Shown here: in pieces, positions 15,787-24,725 of the stretch
How positions within the stretch are numbered: position 1 is the stretch's first letter
How the letters are laid out: each line of letters opens with the position of its first letter
Assembly (NCBI RefSeq): GCF_008065095.1
Contig: NZ_CP042911.1
Span: 2,340,001 to 2,372,000 of the forward strand
Direction: 5' to 3'
DNA from: Gemmata obscuriglobus
GTDB lineage: Bacteria > Planctomycetota > Planctomycetia > Gemmatales > Gemmataceae
DNA: 32,000 nt
The notes under the pieces: model-generated
The model's input: only the letters and a program-made list of their open reading frames with translations
Databases searched by the model: none
What the model was told of the DNA's origin: nothing
Position numbers and translations under genes: made by a program

Positions 15787-17208
15787 TCATGCCCGGCTGA
15801 ACGCCGGCTTTTTCTCTTCCGACTGTTCTTTTTCCTTCACAGCGGTTTCGCTGGTCTCTTCTGTCTTCGGCGCCGGTACTTCCGGCTTTCGGAGCCGTTC
15901 CACGAACGCGGCCATGCGGTTCAGCCCCTCGCGCAACCGGCCGTCGTCCGTCGCGAAGCTCACGCGAACGTGACCGACTCCGCTCGGCCCGAACGCGACC
16001 CCGGGGCCGACCTGCACGCGCTCCTCGCGCAGCAGGCGCTCGGCGAAGGCGCGGCCGTCGAGGTTCAACCCGGTCACCGGGACCCACGTAAAGTAGCCGC
16101 CGCTCGGCGCTTCCGGTTCGAGCCCCATCGCCCGGAGCCGGTCGAGCGTGTACTGCCGCTTGGACCGAAACCGCTGCGCGGCTTCCGGTGCCATCGGTTC
16201 TGTAAGGAGCTTTGCGGCGGCCTGCTGGCACACGGGCGGTACGTAAGGCGCGCTGAGGTTCGCGGTGAGCTGGCAGGCGCGGACGAGGTGCCGCGGCCCC
16301 GCGAGCCAGCCCACCCGCATCCCGGCCTGTCCGAACTCTTGCGACACCGACCCGGCGGTGATCGTGACCCGGTCCGCACCCGGCATGGCGGCGAACGTGC
16401 GGGTCCGCTCGCCCCGGAACGCCGCGAACGACTCGTCCAGGTACACGAGTATGCCGTACCCGCCGGCGATCCAGGCGATGTGTTCGAGGTCTTCGTTCGC
16501 GAGGCTGGCGCCGGTCGGGTTGTTCGGGTCGCTGAGGACCAGCATCTTGGCGCCGCGCATCGCCCGCTCGAAGTCGCGTGCGATGTACCGGAGCCGGCCG
16601 TCCTCGACCCACGTCGGCACCCGGCTCACGTTCGCGTGTCGCGACCGCACGCCCAGGTTGAACAGCGACGAACACGGGTCGAACAGCACCACCCGGTCGC
16701 CGGGGTTCACGAACGCATCAAGCGCCGCCGCCAGTGCGCCGGTTGCGCCGTGGGTGGCGAGAATATCGGTTGCCGGGTTCACGGTCCGCCCGGCCTGTTT
16801 GTAGCGGTCCGCGATGGCCTTACTCAACTCGGGCAGCGTGACGGGAACGCGCCCGGGGGCACAGAGGGCGTCAGTGCGGCCTACGCTGACCGCGCCGCGG
16901 GCTGCGGGCGCGTCGGGGGTGGGCTGGTTCAGGTCGAGGACGTCGAAGTTCGGCGCGGCGGGCACGAACGCCGGGTCGAGTAGTTCCTCCACCGGCGCGG
17001 CGAGGACACGGTCGGAGTAGTATTTGAGGTACGCGGTGCCGCCGTCGGTGAGGCGCCGGGCGCGCGGGGTGAACCGGGCGAGCCGGGTGCGGACGAGTAG
17101 CTTCGTGAGCCAGAAGGGAATCGCCACGCTGTTGCCTCCGTGCAGGGCGCGTTTTGCGAATTGTCGCAGAACGAACTGCGCTGTGTAAAGCCCGACTGAG
17201 CGGCGCAA
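15787..17208 (-). CDS. Class I/II aminotransferase-fold protein lacking the catalytic PLP lysine (probable pseudo-aminotransferase)
   Basis: 473 aa. LVLSDPNNPTG, YLDESF, ITAGSVSQEFGQAGMRVGWLAG and GHVRVSFA are colinear with the AspC-type motifs NPxNPTG, SDEIY, SxSKxxxxxGxRxGY and RLSxA. The motif lysine is Gln (complement of 16339-16341 = CAA). The start is TTG at 17208 and is uncertain. About 85 aa of N-terminal extension and an acidic/Lys-rich tail. Confidence 0.8.
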   Translation of the reverse strand: MRRSVGLYTAQFVLRQFAKRALHGGNSVAIPFWLTKLLVRTRLARFTPRARRLTDGGTAYLKYYSDRVLAAPVEELLDPAFVPAAPNFDVLDLNQPTPDAPAARGAVSVGRTDALCAPGRVPVTLPELSKAIADRYKQAGRTVNPATDILATHGATGALAAALDAFVNPGDRVVLFDPCSSLFNLGVRSRHANVSRVPTWVEDGRLRYIARDFERAMRGAKMLVLSDPNNPTGASLANEDLEHIAWIAGGYGILVYLDESFAAFRGERTRTFAAMPGADRVTITAGSVSQEFGQAGMRVGWLAGPRHLVRACQLTANLSAPYVPPVCQQAAAKLLTEPMAPEAAQRFRSKRQYTLDRLRAMGLEPEAPSGGYFTWVPVTGLNLDGRAFAERLLREERVQVGPGVAFGPSGVGHVRVSFATDDGRLREGLNRMAAFVERLRKPEVPAPKTEETSETAVKEKEQSEEKKPAFSRA

Positions 17209-17520
17209 CGCTCTGTCATTCGGATGTCCGGTCGTTCCTGACGTGCGGCGGGGAAGTGGGGCGGCGACTGGCCATTCGCTACCAATCGACTGGTCGGGAG
17301 CTGGCGGTTCGCTGGGGTGCTGCTACCACGCGAATCGCGTCCCAAACGCCCGATTTTGAGGCCGAATCACGGGAATTGCGTGCGGTGACATCAGAAGGGT
17401 AGGGGCGCTTTCGAGTCCGTTGCGACCGGCGGCAGTTTGAAAACGGTGTTAAGAACTCGCCGCTGTCGCGTGCCCCGCTACCATCGGCTCAGTCGCTCAC
17501 CCGCTACCACGAGGCCGTCC

Positions 17521-18321
17521 ATGTTCACTGCCACCATTGCGACCCTGTGCATGATGACTCACGCGCCCGACGCAACGCCGAAAGTCGAAATCGTCGCCCA
17601 CCGCGGCGCGTCCTACGACGCGCCCGAAAACACCGTGGCCGCCCTCCGCTTGGCGTGGGACCAGAAGGCGGACGGGTCCGAGTTCGACATCTACCTGACG
17701 AAGGACGGAAAGCTCGCCGTCATCCACGACAAGGACACCAAGCGCACCGCCGGGGTGAGCAAGTCGGTCGCGGACAGCACCTTCGACGAGTTGCACGCCC
17801 TCGACGTGGGCTCGTGGAAGGGGGCCAAGTTCAAGGGCGAGCCGCTGCCTTCGCTCGGCGACATGCTGGCCGTTGTGCCGGACGGCAAGCGGGTGTTCGT
17901 CGAGGTGAAGTGCGGCCCCGAGGCGGTGCCCGAGTTGGTTCGCGCGCTGACGGCGTCGAAGCTGCGGCCCGAGCAGACCCCGGTGATCGCGTTCGACGCC
18001 GCGGTCGTCGCGGCACTGAAGAAGGCCCGGCCCGAGGTTCCGGCGTACTGGCTCGTCAGCCTGGCGCCGAGGAAGGGGGCGAAAGCGCCGACCGCCGCCG
18101 AGGTGGTCGCCAAGGCGAAGGAGATCAAGGCGGACGGGGTGGACCTGTCCGCCTCTGCGGCTCTGGACGAGGCGTTCGCGAAGGCGGTGCGTGAAGCCGG
18201 GCTGAAGCTGTACGTGTGGACGGTGAATGATGTCGAAGTGGCGAAGCGGATGGTGCGGCTCGGGGTCGATGGGATCACCACCGACCGGCCGGGCTGGCTC
18301 CGCGAGCAACTCGCGAAGTGA
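17521..18321 (+). CDS. Glycerophosphodiester phosphodiesterase (GDPD family)
   Basis: VEIVAHRGASYDAPENTVAALRLAW..GSEFDIYLTKDGKLAVIHD is the HRG..ENT..E.D..T.DG..V..HD signature. The C-terminal VWTVND..GVDGITTD is also typical. I prefer the ATG at 17521 (GAGG 6 nt upstream) over the TTG at 17437. Confidence 0.85.
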   Translation: MFTATIATLCMMTHAPDATPKVEIVAHRGASYDAPENTVAALRLAWDQKADGSEFDIYLTKDGKLAVIHDKDTKRTAGVSKSVADSTFDELHALDVGSWKGAKFKGEPLPSLGDMLAVVPDGKRVFVEVKCGPEAVPELVRALTASKLRPEQTPVIAFDAAVVAALKKARPEVPAYWLVSLAPRKGAKAPTAAEVVAKAKEIKADGVDLSASAALDEAFAKAVREAGLKLYVWTVNDVEVAKRMVRLGVDGITTDRPGWLREQLAK

Positions 18322-18354
18322 GCCCGGCCCGCGGTCAAGCAGCGGCGCGACCGT

Positions 18355-19230
18355 TCACCGGCTCAGTGTGGCGGTCACCGGGAAGTGGTCCGACGGGGTG
18401 CGGCCGTCCTTCTCGGTGCGGTCGATCCCGGCACCGGTAACGGTCCAGTCCCGAGAAACGCCGATCCAGTCGATCCGGTCGCCCTTGACCGGACCGGCCT
18501 TGAAGTTAGTGAACGTACCTTCGTTCGGCTCGCGCTTCGGGTGCGCGGCGCGGAAGCTGTCCATTACCGGCGACTCATTCTTGTCGCGCGCGGCGAACAG
18601 CGTCCGGTACGGCTCGCTGTCTTCGCCCGAGTTGAAGTCGCCGGTCACGACCACCGAGCAACCGGCCCCGAGTGCTCCGATCCGGTCGCGGATCAGCTTG
18701 GCCCCTTCGATCCGTGCCTTCTTTCCGATGTGGTCGAAGTGCGTGTTCACGAACAGAACGGGTTTCGCGTTCGGCTTCGCAAGGTCCTTCAGTTTCACCC
18801 ACGTTGCCATGCGTGGGAGCGAACTGTCCCAGCTCTTGCTGCCCGCCACGTTTGGGGTTTCGCTGAGCCAGAAGTGCCCGCCGTCGGTTTTCTCGAACCG
18901 CGCTTTGCGCCAGTACAGAGCCGTCGTCTCGCCCTTCTCCTTGCCGTCTTCCCGGCCGACCCCGAGGCCCTCGTACCCGGTCAGCTTTTGGCTCAGGAAG
19001 TCGCGCTGGAAGATGAGGGTTTCCTGGGTGCCGAGCAGGTCCGGGCCGAACGCCTTGACCGTGTCCGCGAGGAACTCCTTCCGCTTGTCCCAGTGGTTCT
19101 CGCCGTCCTTGGCGGTTCCGTAGCGGATGTTGAAGCTCATGACCCGCACATCGCCTTTCGGGGGCTGTGCGTTGACGGCCGGGGCCAGACCGATGGCAGC
19201 GAGCAAGAGGTAAAGAAAGCGGTGCATCAC
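18355..19230 (-). CDS. Secreted endonuclease/exonuclease/phosphatase (EEP) family protein
   Basis: Signal peptide MMHRFLYLLLAAIGLAPAVNA, then VRVMSFNIRYG..W..R..DLLGTQE..VNTHFDH..VVVTGDFN..DWIGVS..SDHFPV. These are the canonical EEP catalytic motifs. Confidence 0.85.
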   Translation of the reverse strand: MMHRFLYLLLAAIGLAPAVNAQPPKGDVRVMSFNIRYGTAKDGENHWDKRKEFLADTVKAFGPDLLGTQETLIFQRDFLSQKLTGYEGLGVGREDGKEKGETTALYWRKARFEKTDGGHFWLSETPNVAGSKSWDSSLPRMATWVKLKDLAKPNAKPVLFVNTHFDHIGKKARIEGAKLIRDRIGALGAGCSVVVTGDFNSGEDSEPYRTLFAARDKNESPVMDSFRAAHPKREPNEGTFTNFKAGPVKGDRIDWIGVSRDWTVTGAGIDRTEKDGRTPSDHFPVTATLSR

Positions 19231-19319
19231 TGGTTCCTGGCGGTGAGCGGTTCCCGTCCCTCGTAGCGTATGGGAAGCGGCCGGGGCGCCTCGTGTTCGG
19301 CGTGTGCGTGGAGGAGTGA

Positions 19320-20051
19320 ATGGACGCGGACGAACGAGCGCTCCTCGACGCGATCATCGCCGAACCGGACGAAGACACGCCGCGCCTCGTGTACGCCGAC
19401 TGGCTAGACGAGCACGGCAGGCACGAGCGGGCGGAACTGATTCGCGCACAAATCGGGCTGATTCGCTCGAAAGACGAGGACACTACCGCGCAACGAAACG
19501 CTTGGCAGGCCCGCGTCCGTGTTTTGCTTTGCGCTCACTCGGAAGGGTGGCGGAAAGAACTGCCGAAGATACCGCGAGTCAGGTGGGGACCCTTTGAACG
19601 CGGGATGGTCGAATCGGTTACTCTGAAGCTCCGCTACTGGACCCCGGCCGTGCCTTCCGATCTGGTCAACCTGTTCGCACACGTCCCATTGCGTGCGTTG
19701 CGTGCCCACTTTGCCCGGTGGGACGGCAATTCCCCAGAGGACTGTGTTGGACTGCTTAGTTGGCCCGGGCTAGAGCGGTTCGACGAGTTGCACCTAATCG
19801 CCCGGTTCCACGCTCGGCCGGGCGAAGACGTAATCAGCCCGTTCCTTGCACCGTTGTGGACTCACTCCTGGGCGGACCGGCCCCGGGTGATCGATCTGCG
19901 CGAGTGCGATTTGCGCGATGCCGCCGTTCAGCCGCTGATGGCCGGTCCGCTCCATCGCCTCCCCACGCTTGTGTTCGCCCAGAGGTCGTTCAGCGAGTCG
20001 ACGCGCGCGGTGCTGACCGCACGGCTCGGACACGGAGTGCGGTTTGTGTGA
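19320..20051 (+). CDS. TIGR02996 domain-containing protein (Gemmata-type repeat-companion N-terminus)
   Basis: MDADERALLDAIIAEPDEDTPRLVYADWLDEHGRHERAELIRAQ is the hallmark TIGR02996 N-terminal domain. The C-terminal remainder is Leu-rich and of unknown function. Confidence 0.85.
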   Translation: MDADERALLDAIIAEPDEDTPRLVYADWLDEHGRHERAELIRAQIGLIRSKDEDTTAQRNAWQARVRVLLCAHSEGWRKELPKIPRVRWGPFERGMVESVTLKLRYWTPAVPSDLVNLFAHVPLRALRAHFARWDGNSPEDCVGLLSWPGLERFDELHLIARFHARPGEDVISPFLAPLWTHSWADRPRVIDLRECDLRDAAVQPLMAGPLHRLPTLVFAQRSFSESTRAVLTARLGHGVRFV

Positions 20052-20114
20052 CCGCTGGTGGTGGCGCGCAACCTTTCCTCCTGCAAGCGTTCAACAACAG
20101 TCCCGCTGCCTAAA

Positions 20115-21335
20115 ATGACACGCATGACCGACACCGTACTTATCGTTGACGACGAGGAATCCGTCCGCCGGACGTTCCGCGAGTGGCTCACCGGCGCTAT
20201 GCCGGACGCCCGCGTGTTCGCCGTGGCGGACTCGGAGTCGGCGCTCCAGATCGCCAACGAGCAGCCGGTCGATCTCGCCATCCTCGACTGGAACCTCGGG
20301 TCGGGCAGCGACGGGCTGCGGCTTCTCGAAGACCTCGTGGAGTTCCGGCCGGATGTGGTCGCGATTCTCGTAACGGGCTTCGCCCACCAGGCGACGCCGC
20401 TCGACGCGCTCCGCATGGGCGTGCGCGACTACATCGACAAGAACCAGGACCTGAACCGCGACACGTTCGTCGCCGCCATCCGGCGGCAACTGGACCGCAT
20501 CCGGCCCGCGAAGCAGCAGCGCGAAATCAACCAGCGCCTGGCGGCGTTCCGCGAGGCGGTCGAGAAGGTGCTGCCGATCGTGCAGACCTCCGCGGCGTTC
20601 AACGACCCGGTGCCGCTGCCCGCGGCGGTGAAGTCGCTGCTTAGGTTCGTGATCCGCGGCACCCGTGCCGCCGACGGCGCGCTGATCGTCCGGCACACCG
20701 CCCTCGACGGGACCGAATCGACCGTCGCCTACGGTGCGGAGGGGCAACCGCTGCCCACGCCGACGGTGCCGTTCGCGCGGTCGCTCGCGGCCAGCGTCAT
20801 CAGCTTTCAAGAGCCGGTCGCGATTAACGATTTCGACCCCCGCGCGCTCGGGCCGCTGGAACTCCTGCCGTTCGAGGCGAACCGCGCCTGCATCCTCGCG
20901 GCGCCGCTCCGGGTGGCCCCGGACACGGTCGTCGTGGTAGAACTGTTCGACAAAGCCGCGCCCGGCTTCACCGACGAAGACCGGCGGCTTGTAACGTCGG
21001 CGGCCGAGGTCGGTACGGACCTGTTGCGGCAGGCGGTCGCGGAGCGGCAAACGCACAAGCTGCTGTTCGATGCCGTCGACGCCGCGCTGCAGGCGACGGC
21101 ACAACTCGGCGAGGCGTCGGCGGGACCGGAACCCGGACCGCCGCCGTCGGTTCTGGCGCGACTGAAGGAAGGGCTGAGTGCCGACTCGAACGCGATCGCC
21201 GACCCCGACACCACGTTGCGCCTGGTCGAAGCGGTTCGTGCCCTGGCCGTGAAGCACGGCCCGAGTGCGGTGAACCACTGCGTGAAGGTGGTCAACGACC
21301 TGCACAAGCTGCTCGACGAACTCACCGGCCTGTGA
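20115..21335 (+). CDS. Orphan response regulator: REC receiver + GAF-like domain + helical C-terminal region
   Basis: REC: VLIVDDEESVRRTF..VDLAILDWNLG (phospho-acceptor Asp)..VVAILVTGF..GVRDYIDKN. The middle region (ALIVRHTALDG..FARSLAASVISFQEPVAINDF..ACILAAPLRV..VVVELFDK..FTDEDRRLV) is GAF-like. No output DNA-binding domain recognised. The start is 20115 or 20124. Confidence 0.8.
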   Translation: MTRMTDTVLIVDDEESVRRTFREWLTGAMPDARVFAVADSESALQIANEQPVDLAILDWNLGSGSDGLRLLEDLVEFRPDVVAILVTGFAHQATPLDALRMGVRDYIDKNQDLNRDTFVAAIRRQLDRIRPAKQQREINQRLAAFREAVEKVLPIVQTSAAFNDPVPLPAAVKSLLRFVIRGTRAADGALIVRHTALDGTESTVAYGAEGQPLPTPTVPFARSLAASVISFQEPVAINDFDPRALGPLELLPFEANRACILAAPLRVAPDTVVVVELFDKAAPGFTDEDRRLVTSAAEVGTDLLRQAVAERQTHKLLFDAVDAALQATAQLGEASAGPEPGPPPSVLARLKEGLSADSNAIADPDTTLRLVEAVRALAVKHGPSAVNHCVKVVNDLHKLLDELTGL

Positions 21336-21447
21336 CGCCACCCGTTCGCAGGCGCGGACGGCGCAGAGGCCCCGTGATGCGCGCCCGCGTGCGGCAGCGC
21401 CCGTTGCTTCCCCCCCGCACCCGCAGCGGTATTTTTCTGGGACTCAG

Positions 21448-22266
21448 ATGACCGAGACGGCCTCGACGGTGTTCGACGAGATCTTCGCCCGGCTCACGCC
21501 GGACAGCATCCTCCGTGACCCCCGCGCGACCGGCGAAGGGATCGCGGTCGCGGTGATCGACTCCGGCGTCGAGCGGTCCGTGCTGGAAACGAAGTTCGCC
21601 GGCGCCGGCACGTCCATCAACACGATCGAGGGCGCGGTGTTCCGGCCCAGCGGCCCGCCGCTGCCGTACACCGGCCACCAGTCGTCGCCCCACGGCACCA
21701 CCGTCGCGGACATCGTGCTCACGATCGCCCCGCGGGTGAAGCTCTACTCCGCCGATGTGTTCGGCCCGACCGGGTCGTGCGAGGTGGAAACGGTGATCGC
21801 GGCCCTGCGCCACGCGATCGACGTGTGGAAGGTGAAGGTGGTGAATCTGTCGCTCGGGGTGCCGGAGCACAAGCTCCAGCAGTTGCCCCGGCGGCACCAG
21901 TTGCAGCGGGCGATCGAGGAGGCGTACTTCCGCGACGTGCTGGTGTTCGCGGCGGCGCACAACGAGCACCCGCTGACGCGGAGCTACCCCGCTGCGTTCG
22001 CCCCGCCGCTCATCTCGGTCGATAAGGGGCTGTTCGACGACCCGCTGCGGTTCGCGTACAAGCTGAGCGAACAGGTAGAGTTCCAGGCGCACAGCCGGGG
22101 CTACCTGGGACCGTTCGCACGCGAACCGGCCACGAGCTGGGCGACGCCGCACCTGGCCGGGATCGCGGCCCGCGTGCTGTCGCTGAAGCCGGACCTGAAG
22201 CCGTTCGAGATCAAGACGATCCTGTACTGGCTGTTCCGCAGCGGCAGTGCTACGCCTCTGGCCTAA
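21448..22266 (+). CDS. Minimal S8 (subtilisin-like) serine peptidase without signal peptide or propeptide
   Basis: 272 aa. Catalytic Asp in GIAVAVIDSGV, His in SSPHGTTVADIV, oxyanion Asn in FAAAHNE, Ser in ATSWATPHLAGIAARV. Only about 35 aa precede the Asp box and no hydrophobic N-terminus is present. Confidence 0.85.
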   Translation: MTETASTVFDEIFARLTPDSILRDPRATGEGIAVAVIDSGVERSVLETKFAGAGTSINTIEGAVFRPSGPPLPYTGHQSSPHGTTVADIVLTIAPRVKLYSADVFGPTGSCEVETVIAALRHAIDVWKVKVVNLSLGVPEHKLQQLPRRHQLQRAIEEAYFRDVLVFAAAHNEHPLTRSYPAAFAPPLISVDKGLFDDPLRFAYKLSEQVEFQAHSRGYLGPFAREPATSWATPHLAGIAARVLSLKPDLKPFEIKTILYWLFRSGSATPLA

Positions 22267-22287
22267 CTTCCTATTCGGGGTACTCTT

Positions 22288-23160
22288 TTGAACCCGCGCG
22301 AACTCGGCGAGCTGATCGGCAAGTTGATTCCTCTCCTCATCTCCCTTGTCGTCGTGTTCGTGGTCGTCCGCCGGGCGCTGAACGCGGAGACGCGGTCGCG
22401 CCGGCTCCAACTCCTGGGCCTCGGGTGTGGGCTGGCCCTCTTCCCGCTGGTCTGCGCGACGACACTGGCTCGCGGTCCGGCCGCGCGGTTCATTTTCTTC
22501 GGAGTTGGGGCGATTACAACCGCCGCCGGTCTCGCGGCCGTTGCCCTTGTCATTACGGCCCGGTCGGCCCGAAAGAGCGACGGCGGGCGCAGCGGTGCGA
22601 GCGGCTTCGTCGCAACTGCGCTGGGCTTCGTAGGGATTGTGTTCGGGTTCGGGATGATCGCACTCCCGTTAGTTGTGATGCCGTATGAAGACGACGCGTC
22701 TGTGTGGGCACACCGGGTAGAACCGCCCGGTTTCGAGGTGTCGCTTCCCTCGGCTCGATGGAAGAAGTTTGATCGCCCCGGCGACATCGCCATGTTCGCG
22801 AGCCGGAACCCTCAGATGGTATCCGGTGTCAAGGAAGTCCGTCCGGCTCCCGGTGCTTCTGACTTTGAGAATGCCGTGAGCGACATGAAACGACTTGTGA
22901 CCCGCGCGCCCGGGTTCAAGATCATTGAAGAGAGGCGAGAGCCGACTGCGAACGGGTCCGAACACTGGCGACTCATCGGCGAGGAGGCCGGTTCGGACGG
23001 CCGCATTCTGGTCGCAATTTCCGTGACGTGGTGGAAAAAATCGCACGCCGTCATCATGCTGTTCGAGGGTCAGCACCGGATGGCGTCGCAGGTCGGGCAA
23101 GAGCAGGAGTCGGAAGCCTTCTTGGCCGCCGCCCGCTTCATCCTCAGCTCAGTAAAGTGA
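22288..23160 (+). CDS. Hypothetical membrane protein (about 4 TM) with a C-terminal soluble alpha/beta domain
   Basis: TTG start 21 nt after the S8 stop. TM segments LIPLLISLVVVFVVV, LLGLGCGLALFPLVCA, FIFFGVGAITTAAGLAAVALVI and FVATALGFVGIVFGFGMIALPLVV. A roughly 150-aa C-terminal domain (FEVSLPSARWKKF..) is vaguely PsbP/DcrB-like, which is speculative. Confidence 0.65.
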   Translation: MNPRELGELIGKLIPLLISLVVVFVVVRRALNAETRSRRLQLLGLGCGLALFPLVCATTLARGPAARFIFFGVGAITTAAGLAAVALVITARSARKSDGGRSGASGFVATALGFVGIVFGFGMIALPLVVMPYEDDASVWAHRVEPPGFEVSLPSARWKKFDRPGDIAMFASRNPQMVSGVKEVRPAPGASDFENAVSDMKRLVTRAPGFKIIEERREPTANGSEHWRLIGEEAGSDGRILVAISVTWWKKSHAVIMLFEGQHRMASQVGQEQESEAFLAAARFILSSVK

Positions 23161-23176
23161 GTACCCGGAGCCCGCC

Positions 23177-24565
23177 ATGAACCCAACCCGACGCGACGCC
23201 CTCGCTGCGGCGCTAGCCGTGGCTGCAAACTCTGGCGGCTCGTACCTTCAGCCCGCTTGTGGCGAGGAGCGTAAGCTCACACTCGCGACGTTCGAGACCG
23301 ATGTCACCATCCCCCTCGGGCACCCGTGCATGGGTGGCGGGATCGCGCCTGCGAAGGAAGTTCTCGACCCGCTGCTCGCCCACGGGTTCGTGCTGAGCGG
23401 TGCCGGGAAGCCGGTCGTGTTCGTCACCCTCGACTGGTGTGAGGTCCGGAACGGCGCCTACGAAATGTTCCGCGAAGCGATCGCGAAGGCCGTCGGCACG
23501 GAACCGGTGCGCGTGATGCTGTGCGCGGTTCACCAGCACGACGCGCCCGTCGCGGATCTCGAAGCACAACAACTGTTGGAGCGGTATAAGGCGAAAGGCG
23601 CGATTTGCGACCTGGCCTTTCTTGAGAAGGCCGTCGGGCGCGTTGCCGGTGCGGCGAAAGCGTGCCTCAAAGAGGCGAAGCCGGTCACACATCTTGGGAC
23701 CGGAGAGGCGAAGGTCGAGAAGGTCGCGTCCAACCGGCGCTACATCGATGCGGACGGCAAGGTTCGCTACGACCGCATGTCCGCGACGCGCGACCCGAAG
23801 ATTCGCGACGCCGACGAGGGCACCGTGGACCCACTACTGAAGACGATCAGCTTTTGGAACGGCGACACGCCGCTCTGCGCGCTGTCCGCTTACGCCACAC
23901 ATCCCATGAGCTACTACGGGCGGGGCGGCGTCACCGCGGACTTCGTCGGGATCGCACGCCGGAAGCGGCAGAGCGAAACGAAGGGCGCGTTTCAGATGTA
24001 CGCGAGCGGGTGCAGCGGGAACGTCACCGCCGGCAAGTACAACGACGGCTCCACCGACAACCGCGGGGCACTCGCCGCTCGCATTCACGCCGCAATGGCC
24101 GCCGCGTGGCGGGCCACCAAAAAGGTTCCGGTGAAGGGGGCGAACTTCCGATCGGTACCGCTCGTGCTGGAGCCGCGCTCGTCCGAGGGCTTCTCCGAGG
24201 AGGCACTGCTGAAGAAACTGAAGGACGACACCAAGCCGTTCGGTCAGTGCCTCGCGGCTCTGGGCCTGAGCTGGAATAGGCGGTGCGATTCCGGGAAGCC
24301 GATCGACCTTCCCGTTCTGGATTTCGGCGGCGCTGCGGTCACGCTGCTCCCGGCGGAAAGCTACGTCGAGTACCAACTTGCCGCGCAGGAGGCGCGCCCG
24401 AACGGGTTCGTGTTGGTCGCAGGGTACGGCGAGTGCGGCCCGGGGTACATTCCGATCGAGCGGGCGTGGAAGGAGAACGACGGGAACCTGGCCGACTGGT
24501 GCTGGGTGAACCCCGGCAGCGAGAAACGCATGCGCGAGGCCATCAGCAAAGCCCTGGAGCTGTGA
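23177..24565 (+). CDS. Exported protein with a Tat-like signal, neutral-ceramidase-like fold (putative hydrolase)
   Basis: The start is 16 nt after the previous stop. MNPTRRDALAAALAVAA resembles a twin-arginine leader. TDVTIPLGHPCMGG..DPLLAHGFVL..VVFVTLDWCEV..REAIAKAVG..VMLCAVHQHDAP and the later DPLLKTISFW..ALSAYATHPMSYYG and VAGYGECGPGYIP follow the order of motifs I recall from the ceramidase_alk-like superfamily. The functional call is low confidence. Confidence 0.6.
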   Translation: MNPTRRDALAAALAVAANSGGSYLQPACGEERKLTLATFETDVTIPLGHPCMGGGIAPAKEVLDPLLAHGFVLSGAGKPVVFVTLDWCEVRNGAYEMFREAIAKAVGTEPVRVMLCAVHQHDAPVADLEAQQLLERYKAKGAICDLAFLEKAVGRVAGAAKACLKEAKPVTHLGTGEAKVEKVASNRRYIDADGKVRYDRMSATRDPKIRDADEGTVDPLLKTISFWNGDTPLCALSAYATHPMSYYGRGGVTADFVGIARRKRQSETKGAFQMYASGCSGNVTAGKYNDGSTDNRGALAARIHAAMAAAWRATKKVPVKGANFRSVPLVLEPRSSEGFSEEALLKKLKDDTKPFGQCLAALGLSWNRRCDSGKPIDLPVLDFGGAAVTLLPAESYVEYQLAAQEARPNGFVLVAGYGECGPGYIPIERAWKENDGNLADWCWVNPGSEKRMREAISKALEL

Positions 24566-24725
24566 AGGCTCTCACCGCACAGGCGCAAAGACCGATACGA
24601 AGGCGTGCTGACGAGGGGACATCGGTCGTCATCGGGCACGAGGCCCGGTGTCTTCAACTTCGGCTCCCGCGTGTTCGTTGTGCTCCTTCGTGTTGACGTT
24701 TGCACCTGTGCGATGGCGCCTTTTG

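Noticed and set aside
20091-22410. Antisense ORFs 20091..21341 (416 aa) and 21322..22410 (362 aa)
   Set aside because: They lie opposite the response regulator and S8 peptidase genes, which have clear catalytic and receiver motifs. The antisense translations are low-complexity and Arg-rich.
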